DNA of 64,000 nucleotides from an uncultured Acidobacteriota bacterium (GTDB lineage Bacteria; Acidobacteriota; Thermoanaerobaculia; Multivoradales; UBA5704): NCBI GenBank assembly GCA_963761805.1, contig CAVXIV010000017.1, positions 8,667 to 72,666 of the forward strand, read 5' to 3'. Shown piece by piece: positions 58,984 to 64,000 of this stretch (position 1 is its first letter; each line of letters starts with the position of its first letter). The notes under the pieces were generated by a model. It saw only the letters and a program-made list of their open reading frames with translations, ran no database searches and was not told where the DNA came from. The position numbers and the translations under genes were made by a program.

Positions 58984-60724
58984 TCATCGAGGCGGAAGCT
59001 GTTCTCGGACCCAATCCTTGATGCTCTTCTCCAGCAGGTCGAGCGGCAGTTGGCCGTGCCCCAGGACGCGGTCGTGGAAGGCGCGCAGGTCGAACCTCGA
59101 GCCCAGCTCCTTCTGCGCGTAGGCCCGCAGCTCGCGGATCTTCAGCTCGCCGATCTTGTAGGCCGGCACCGATCCCGGCTGGACGATGATGCGGTCCACC
59201 TCGTTTTCGATCTCGCGTGTGCTGCGGGCGGTGTTGGCGAGGTAGTAGTCGATCGCCTGCTGGCGTGTCCAGCCCCGGGCGTGCAGGCCGGTGTCGACCA
59301 CCAGGCGTAGGGCGCGCCACATCTCGTTGCTGAGCCGGCCGAAATTCGAGTAGGGATCGTCGTAGATGCCGAGCTCGCTCCCCAGGCCCTCGGCGTAGAG
59401 CGCCCAGCCCTCGGCGAAGGCGAGGTAGACGTCCCACTTGCGCCACTCGGGCAGATCCTCCATCTCCTGGGCGATGGCGTACTGGAGGTGGTGGCCCGGC
59501 ACGGACTCGTGCAGGGTCAGGGCCGCCATGGCCCACTTGGGACGGGCCTTCAGATCGTAGGTGTTCACCAGGAACCAGCCCGGCTGGGCGGCGGCGAACG
59601 AGCCGTTGTTGTAGTAGCCCGCGGGCGCCGATTTCGCCCCCTCTCCCTCCAGAGGCTTGACGCCGTAGGGGAGCCGCGGCAGCCGGCCGAAGAGCTTGAT
59701 CAGCTCGGGATCGATCCGCTTCGCGATGTCGCGGTAGCCCGCGACCAGGTCCTCGGGCCGGTCGTAGAAGAAGCGCGGGTCGGTGCGCAGGAATTCGGAG
59801 AATTCCGCGAAGCTCCCGCGGAAGCCGGTGGAGGCGATCAGCTTGTCCATCTCCCCGCGGATGCGGCTCACCTCCGAGAGGCCGAGCTGATGGATCTGCT
59901 CGGGCGTCAGGTCGGTGGTCGTAAAGTTCCGGAGTCGGTAGGCGTACCAGGCCTCGCCGTCCGGGCAGGTCTTTCAGGGCGATCGATTCCCGGGCCCGGG
60001 GAACGTAGGTCTCGGCGAGGAAGTCGCGGAGCTTGCGCAGGGCCGGCTCCACCTGCCCGGCGAAGACCCGGTCGGCCTCGGCCCGGAGCCGCTCCCGGTC
60101 CGCGGCGGGCAGGGTTTCGGGAAGCTTGCGGAACGGCGCCAGGACGGGGCTCTCGGGCCCGAGCAGGCTCCCGACTCGCTCGGGCACATCGCGCAGGGTC
60201 ACCCGGGGCGGCGTGATCCCGGCCTCCAGCCCTTTGGCGAGTAGCGCGAGGGTCTCGTCCACCACCTTGGGGAAGCCCCGCAGGCGCGAGAGCATGGCCT
60301 CATGGTCCGCGACCGTGCGGGCCGGCATGTAGTCCAGGAGCTGCACCAGGTCCAGGTCGATGCCGCCCAGGGGGCCGATCAGAAAGTACGACCCGATGTC
60401 GTTGAAGCGCCGCCCTTCGATCCCCCTCTCCAGACGCCGCCGGAACAGGTCGTAGTCGACCTGCTCCGACGCGGTCAGGCGTGAGCGGTCAATGGCGGAG
60501 AGGGCCGCCAGCTCCTTGCGGACGGTCTCGTACCCACGGGCGATGCTTTCGGGCGAAGAGTCGGACCAGCGGTCGTTGGGATAACCGAAATAGGTGGCCA
60601 TCTCCGGGCTCTCGCGCAGGCGGGTGGCCCAGTGCTCCTCGAAGAGCCGCTTCAGGCGGATGCTTTCGCTCTCCGGAGGAGGGGCGAGCAGGAGGACGAG
60701 CAGGGCGAGGATCGGGGATTTCAC
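58984..60724 (-). pseudogene. DUF885-family protein, one frameshift near 59960
   Basis: HESVPGHHLQ, FAEGWALYAE, RLVVDTGLH, YKIGELKI. Confidence 0.88.
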
Positions 60725-60867
60725 CCGGTGAGTATAAAGCGGGGCCAATCGGCAGCTATCCGACCTACCCACTCATGGGCTCGCGCCGGCCCGCCCTTGG
60801 CACCAATACTATTGAAAGCGCTCATGTGAGGGTGCTCGCCCACCTGCCTGCTCAAGGAGGAAACATC

Positions 60868-62118
60868 ATGGCTCAGAGACTCAGGGCTTGCCGAAGCGCG
60901 CTGCTGCTGGGAGTTTTTCTGACGGCGTCCCATGGGTATGGAGAAGAACCACGGATCCATCCAGCCGCGAGGCCGGCACAGGAGCGGGCAGCCCTCGCGG
61001 ATTCGATCCCGCGCCGGGAGGTGGAGCTGGCGCTACGGGATGAGAAGGAAGTCCTGGCCGAAGTGAAGAAGCGGATTCAGGAGTTGGGATTGACCGCCTC
61101 CGCGGACCAGTTGGCCGGTCTCCTGGAGAAGAGGGCTCATCTGGAGATCGCGATCGACAAGTGCCGGCTGGTGGGCGCCCCGGGAGATAGCTGCCGGGGG
61201 GACGAGGCGGCGATGGCCGAGGTGGAGGCAAGCTTCCGCCAGAAGACCGGGATCTCGACCCGCGAGTTCCGTAGCGGGCGGCGGGATACGCCCGGCCGCG
61301 ACGCCGAACGGGCCGGCATAGCCGGCCGGAGAGCCGACAAGGCCGCCGGCGACACCTGCACCTGCGCGTTTTCGGTCTACAGCCAGAATCGCTGGATGAA
61401 CCGGTATTGGGGCCTCGAGTGCAACAATCACTCGAGTCACGGCGTCTGCAGCGGTGACGTAGACTCGGCCCACTCCTCTGGCATCGGCGCGATGACCGGC
61501 GACGTCGACTTGTATTTTGGCCCGCATCACGCCAATCGGGACTGCCCGGATGATCATGTTACCTGCTTCAAGGGCCCGAGCACCGATAACGAGTGGGGCA
61601 ATGCCTGCAACTGTGACACCTTGCACTCGCAGAACTACAACTCGGCCATCGCCTGGTATGGCGGGGACCTGATAGACAACACCCTGGTCTATCAGTTGTC
61701 CACCGGTTACATGAGTGTCGCGGGAGCCTGCAACGAAGTGTCGGTCTCGGTGAGGGAGTTCATCAAGGAGAACGATCCCTGGTGCTGCGACGATCCGATG
61801 GGTGATCTCTGGGTGTCTCTGCCGCTCGCCAACGGCTTCGGTACGACGTCGGGTCCAACCTCCGCCCAGAACTGCAACGGAGGATCGCAGAGCGGCCGCT
61901 ATCCCTACTGCGGCACCTTCGGCGCGACGATCCGCGTGGACTACAACTGTTCCACATATTCCCCGCCCCCGCCGCCGGTGTGTGATCCCGAGCTCGAGCA
62001 AACTTGCTATGGTTTTAACGAGACCTGGAATCCCGAAACCTGCCAGTGCGAGACGTGCCAGCCGCCTCCGAATTGCCCCTACTGGGACGAACAAAGCTGT
62101 CTTTGCTATGCCTTCTGA
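60868..62118 (+). CDS. Secreted Cys-rich protein with helical N-terminal region and Cys-Pro tail
   Basis: GGAGG RBS, signal peptide, many Cys, C-terminal W..xTCxC-like repeats. Confidence 0.8.
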   Translation: MAQRLRACRSALLLGVFLTASHGYGEEPRIHPAARPAQERAALADSIPRREVELALRDEKEVLAEVKKRIQELGLTASADQLAGLLEKRAHLEIAIDKCRLVGAPGDSCRGDEAAMAEVEASFRQKTGISTREFRSGRRDTPGRDAERAGIAGRRADKAAGDTCTCAFSVYSQNRWMNRYWGLECNNHSSHGVCSGDVDSAHSSGIGAMTGDVDLYFGPHHANRDCPDDHVTCFKGPSTDNEWGNACNCDTLHSQNYNSAIAWYGGDLIDNTLVYQLSTGYMSVAGACNEVSVSVREFIKENDPWCCDDPMGDLWVSLPLANGFGTTSGPTSAQNCNGGSQSGRYPYCGTFGATIRVDYNCSTYSPPPPPVCDPELEQTCYGFNETWNPETCQCETCQPPPNCPYWDEQSCLCYAF

Positions 62119-62177
62119 CCCGAACCGCCATGGCCGGCACTGGACGAGCCCGTGCGCCCAGGCCGGCCGTCGTTTCA

Positions 62178-62693
62178 TCAGAAGATCGAAAGCGTCGCGA
62201 TTCCCTGGCTGCCCCTGACCCCGGGAGGCCCAAGGCAATTGATCACCGGAGGGGCAACCAGCACCTGAACTCCTATCGCTGTGGATCCGGCGAACTTACC
62301 CGCTACGATCACTCCGGTCTCAGTCTGGACGATGGTCCCGCTGACATTCTGGGTGGTGCTTGAATAAAACCATTCGCTGGTCTCACCGGTGTTCCAGGTG
62401 ATGATCCAGGTCGCGGAGGGCGGCCCGGCGAGGAGATTGAGACACGAGGCCGGAAACGAGCCAGCTACGGATATGAGCCCGTAGGTGATCGCCGGATCGC
62501 TGACGGAAGTACACAGGGAGTAGATTACAGAGCCCGTCAGGGTAATGAATTGCGAGGTGAGAAGGAGCCCCGGATTGTAGGAAACCGAATGCGTCCCCTG
62601 GCACTGGATGTCGCCTCCCTGAGCGGCGGCCGGCGAAGCTGTTACGGCAAGAGCGAACAGAAGGGCTACCCAGACTGGAATCCGTTTGGACAT
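62178..62693 (-). CDS. Secreted beta-rich hypothetical protein
   Basis: Signal peptide ending AAA; 4 Cys. Confidence 0.75.
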   Translation of the reverse strand: MSKRIPVWVALLFALAVTASPAAAQGGDIQCQGTHSVSYNPGLLLTSQFITLTGSVIYSLCTSVSDPAITYGLISVAGSFPASCLNLLAGPPSATWIITWNTGETSEWFYSSTTQNVSGTIVQTETGVIVAGKFAGSTAIGVQVLVAPPVINCLGPPGVRGSQGIATLSIF

Positions 62694-62873
62694 GGTACAC
62701 CTCTCTTGGGGAAAGTTGTTTCCACGATTTTTGCGTAGTGGCAGGCTCGCGCTCTTGACCGGTCGTGAATCGCCGCCATCCCCAAACGCCGATCCGATCA
62801 GATTAAATGAACTTCTTATTCCGGGATATTGGACTTTGGTCCCATCCCCTGGCTCATGAGAGGCGGTCCAGTC

Positions 62874-63002
62874 ATGCGCGACAGGGAGACGCTGCGCGAG
62901 CTGACGGAGAACCATCTCGGCAGGATCGGCGGCGGCATCGGTCCGTCCGACCTCCCCGAAGACAGTTGCCATAAGACCTGCTGGTGCGACACGACGAAGT
63001 AG
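62874..63002 (+). CDS. Putative double-glycine RiPP/lanthipeptide precursor, 42 aa (absent from ORF track)
   Basis: MRDRETLRELTENHLGRIGG|GIGPSDLPEDSCHKTCWCDTTK; alternative in-frame ATG at 62856. Confidence 0.65.
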   Translation: MRDRETLRELTENHLGRIGGGIGPSDLPEDSCHKTCWCDTTK

Positions 63003-63031
63003 CTCCGCTCAGGCCGGCCGTACACGAATTT

Positions 63032-63061
63032 GCCCCTGGGAGCGCCGGCGTTCCCAGGGGC
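63032..63061. terminator. Hairpin between convergent small genes
   Basis: GCCCCTGGGA...TCCCAGGGGC. Confidence 0.55.
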
Positions 63062-63089
63062 TCCCGAGATTGAAAATAGATCTGATTCC

Positions 63090-63284
63090 CTACGGTTCGC
63101 AGTACCCCATACAGCCCCACGTATTGGCCACACAGCAACCCCAGGAGTCCAGGTGGTAGACGCAGCGGTAAGTGTTGAACTGGGAGCAGTCGAGGGCGGC
63201 CTGCGCGGCCGGCGGCGCGGCGATCAGCGCGAAAACGGTGAGGCTCAGGGCGATCAACAGAGAGAACAGACGGTTTCTTGACAT
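63090..63284 (-). CDS. Secreted 6-Cys peptide, paralog 1
   Basis: GAAAGGAG RBS; signal ending AQA; C-x7-C-x8-CC-x6-C-x3-C. Confidence 0.85.
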   Translation of the reverse strand: MSRNRLFSLLIALSLTVFALIAAPPAAQAALDCSQFNTYRCVYHLDSWGCCVANTWGCMGYCEP

Positions 63285-63357
63285 GTTTTCTCTCCTTTCA
63301 GGAAGGGTGCTTATAGGAAAGGTGCCTCATTGGGGCACCTCAGCGAGTTTTCGCCCC

Positions 63358-63555
63358 TTACAAGCAGTACCAGATGCAATTTTGTGTATTGGTCACGCAG
63401 CAACCCACTTCGGGGTTCCAGTAGTAAATGCAGCGGTAGGTGTTGAACTGGTAGCAGTCTTCGTCGTTGGCCTGAGCGGCCGGCGGCGCGGCGGTCAGCG
63501 CGAGAACGGCGAGACTCAGGGCGATCAGCAGGGAGAACAGACGGTTTCTTGACAT
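63358..63555 (-). CDS. Secreted 6-Cys peptide, paralog 2
   Basis: Same RBS and near-identical signal; C-x7-C-x9-CC-x6-C-x3-C. Confidence 0.85.
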   Translation of the reverse strand: MSRNRLFSLLIALSLAVLALTAAPPAAQANDEDCYQFNTYRCIYYWNPEVGCCVTNTQNCIWYCL

Positions 63556-63724
63556 GTCTTCTCTCCTTTCAGGAAGGGTGGTCTATAAGAGAAGGTGCGT
63601 CCAGTGGGCTTTTGTGATCCTCTGACCGCGGCGCCGCATCCTTCATCCGGATCTCTCACTTTTGCGTACCGGCCTGCACAAGGAGATCGCCATGCCGGCG
63701 ACTCCCGGCCAAAAGGAGAGATGT

Positions 63725-64000
63725 ATGCGAGGAAAGTCCTTTCTGTCGGTGGCGGCGCTCGTGGCCGCCATCCTGGTCGCGGTGCTCACGCCGCGACCGG
63801 CCGCGGCGGCCTGTTTTTGTCTGGCCGAGCGGTTCACCGCTACTGGTTCGGCCATCGGGAGCACCTGTTTCGAGGCGCAGAGCAACCTGATCAACAATCT
63901 GAATTCCGCGGCCAACCAGAGCTGTATCTTCCGGGGATACTCGGGGGCCTGCAACGTCGTCATCCGCTCGGGAGTCTGCAGCTCCGATCCCTACAATCCC
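63725..64000 (+). CDS. Secreted Cys-rich protein, runs off the window (absent from ORF track)
   Basis: AAGGAG RBS; MRGKSFLSVAALVAAILVAVLTPRPAAAACFCLAERF..STCFEA..QSCIFRG..GACNVV..GVCSSDPYNP. Confidence 0.75.
   Translation, partial: MRGKSFLSVAALVAAILVAVLTPRPAAAACFCLAERFTATGSAIGSTCFEAQSNLINNLNSAANQSCIFRGYSGACNVVIRSGVCSSDPYNP

Noticed and set aside
55378-59091. DGR template/variable repeat pair
   Set aside because: No intact RT in the window; mismatches are not adenine-specific on the coding strand; DUF885 is not a typical DGR target

Overview
GC-rich bacterial window, probably Acidobacteriota (Thermoanaerobaculia-like); this is inferred from the ADOP permease, CHAT and carboxypeptidase-regulatory-like genes. 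1-30.9 kb is a partly decayed secondary-metabolite island. It holds two NRPS genes that each end in T-TE, an unannotated 59-aa lanthipeptide-type precursor next to a stand-alone LanC-like cyclase, an ADOP permease, a CmcH/NodU carbamoyltransferase, an OTC-like carbamoyltransferase and sbnB. It also holds broken copies of sbnA, a cyclic-peptide exporter, kamA and ycaO, plus several IS remnants. 30.9-36.5 kb is a small tyrosine-integrase element bounded by 46-bp tRNA-Glu 3'-half repeats; no complete tRNA is present. 36.5-64 kb holds MMPL, caspase-like/CHAT, PRTase, asparaginase, cytochrome c, IS21, a low-GC insert, DUF885 and several small secreted Cys-rich proteins. These include a tandem pair with C-C-CC-C-C spacing and a second unannotated double-glycine RiPP-type precursor. 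Family calls come from recognised motifs, not database searches, and some frameshifts may be sequencing errors.
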